Origin: Phyllobates terribilis
Taxonomy: Eukaryota
Direction: 5' to 3'
DNA length: 64,000 bases
NCBI RefSeq assembly: GCF_046119375.1
Contig: NW_027362761.1
Span: 919,708,001 to 919,772,000 of the forward strand
Under the pieces are notes generated by a model, which was not told the DNA's origin, ran no database searches, and saw nothing but the letters and a program-made list of their open reading frames with translations. Position numbers and translations under genes: made by a program. Of the stretch, positions 63,000 through 64,000 are shown in pieces; within the stretch, counting starts at the first letter, position 1, and every line of letters begins with the position of its first letter.

Positions 63000-64000
63000 G
63001 TTATTCAATAATGGAAATATAGGAGGCTTGCAAGTTAGTGCTAGCACAAAGGTTTTGGAAAGGTGCTATTTTCCTCAACCCCTCCCCCCTGCTCTCCCCC
63101 CAAAAAAAAGAAATCCAGTCAATTCTACGCTCCTAAATCAAAATGCCCCCCTCCTTTCTGAGCCTAGCAGTGTGCCTAAACTGCCGTTAGCATCCACGTT
63201 TGGCATTTCTGTAGCGATGATAACCTGCCTAATTTACAGGGTCCATGTCTCCAGAAGCATGAGCTAGGCACGATGTATGGACACTGCAATGTACTGGGCA
63301 CTAGAATGTATGGGCACTACAATGGCAGATTTGCAATTTTCACTCAACAAAATTCACTGATGCTTGTTTCTGCCAAACACCCATGGAGTCAAGATCGTCA
63401 CTGCACCTGTACATAAATTCCCAGAGGGGTGTAATTTTCAAAATGGGGTCACTTGAGGGTCTATATATGGAGTCCGCAGACGATTCTACAATAATTTGTT
63501 CTTCAAGAGTCAAATAGTGCTCCTTCCGTTCCGAGTCATTATTTTTTTATTCACTTCCCAATGGTAAAAAATTCTGTGATAAAATTGTGGTGTCAATATG
63601 ATCACTGGACTCCTAGATGAATTCATTGGTGCTCCTTCCCTTCTGAGCTTTGCACTGTACCTCAAAAGCAGTTTTCAACCACATATCAGATATTGGCGTA
63701 CTCAGGAGCAATTGTGTAACATATTTTGTAGTTCATTTTCCCTATTATCCCTTTTCAAAGTTGAAAACTTGGGGCCAAAGAAAAATTTTCGTGGAATAAA
63801 TGGTAATTTTCCATTGACTCAGTGCAATGTTATACAATTCTGTGAATTGCCAGAGGGATAAAAATGCTCATAACATCACTACATCAATGCCTCAAGAGAT
63901 GTAGTTTGTAAAATGGGGCCACTTGTGGGTGTTTCTGTTATTTTGGCAAGTCAGAGGTTTTTCAAATGTGACTTGGTATCCCTAATCTGTTACAGCCAAA
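63000..64000. repeat. Interior of the same dispersed repeat family as 18130-18773; runs off the window
   Basis: Repeated GAGGGGTGTAATTTTCAAAATGGGGTCACTT / GTAGTTTGTAAAATGGGGCCACTT motifs. Confidence 0.6.

Overview
Vertebrate genomic DNA, most likely a frog (inferred from the transposon families and from an 18S fragment that looks amphibian-like by recall). The window is almost entirely nested transposable-element sequence, with no identifiable host gene, no CRISPR array and no prokaryotic features. It is dominated by Ac-type hAT elements with TAG(T/A)G(A/T)TGAGC termini. Three are large and carry BED-finger transposase genes or pseudogenes (1-~8195 minus, 26269-35965 plus, 48624-57634 minus); there is also a 3.8-kb fold-back derivative and two MITEs. 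All five readable TSDs of this family fit nTnnnnAn. Also present: three Tc1 elements (one DD38E/Intruder-type), a deleted mariner, two Chapaev3 relics, four solo LTRs with TSDs, a truncated LTR element with an unidentified ORF, L1/CR1/L2/Penelope fragments, Harbinger-type (TAA) and TTAA-type non-autonomous elements, and many satellites inside the hATs. The most unusual structures are: (i) a hAT whose long open transposase ORF is cut off and replaced by an 18S rDNA + L1 mosaic; (ii) a hAT carrying a tandem-amplified antisense copy of transposase sequence, itself inserted in the arm of a MITE of its own family; (iii) a multiply nested fold-back hAT; (iv) outward-facing splice donors recurring in unrelated non-autonomous elements. 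One 102-bp candidate host exon (12828-12929) could not be assigned to a gene. Boundaries were read by eye; those defined by TSDs are exact, the others approximate.
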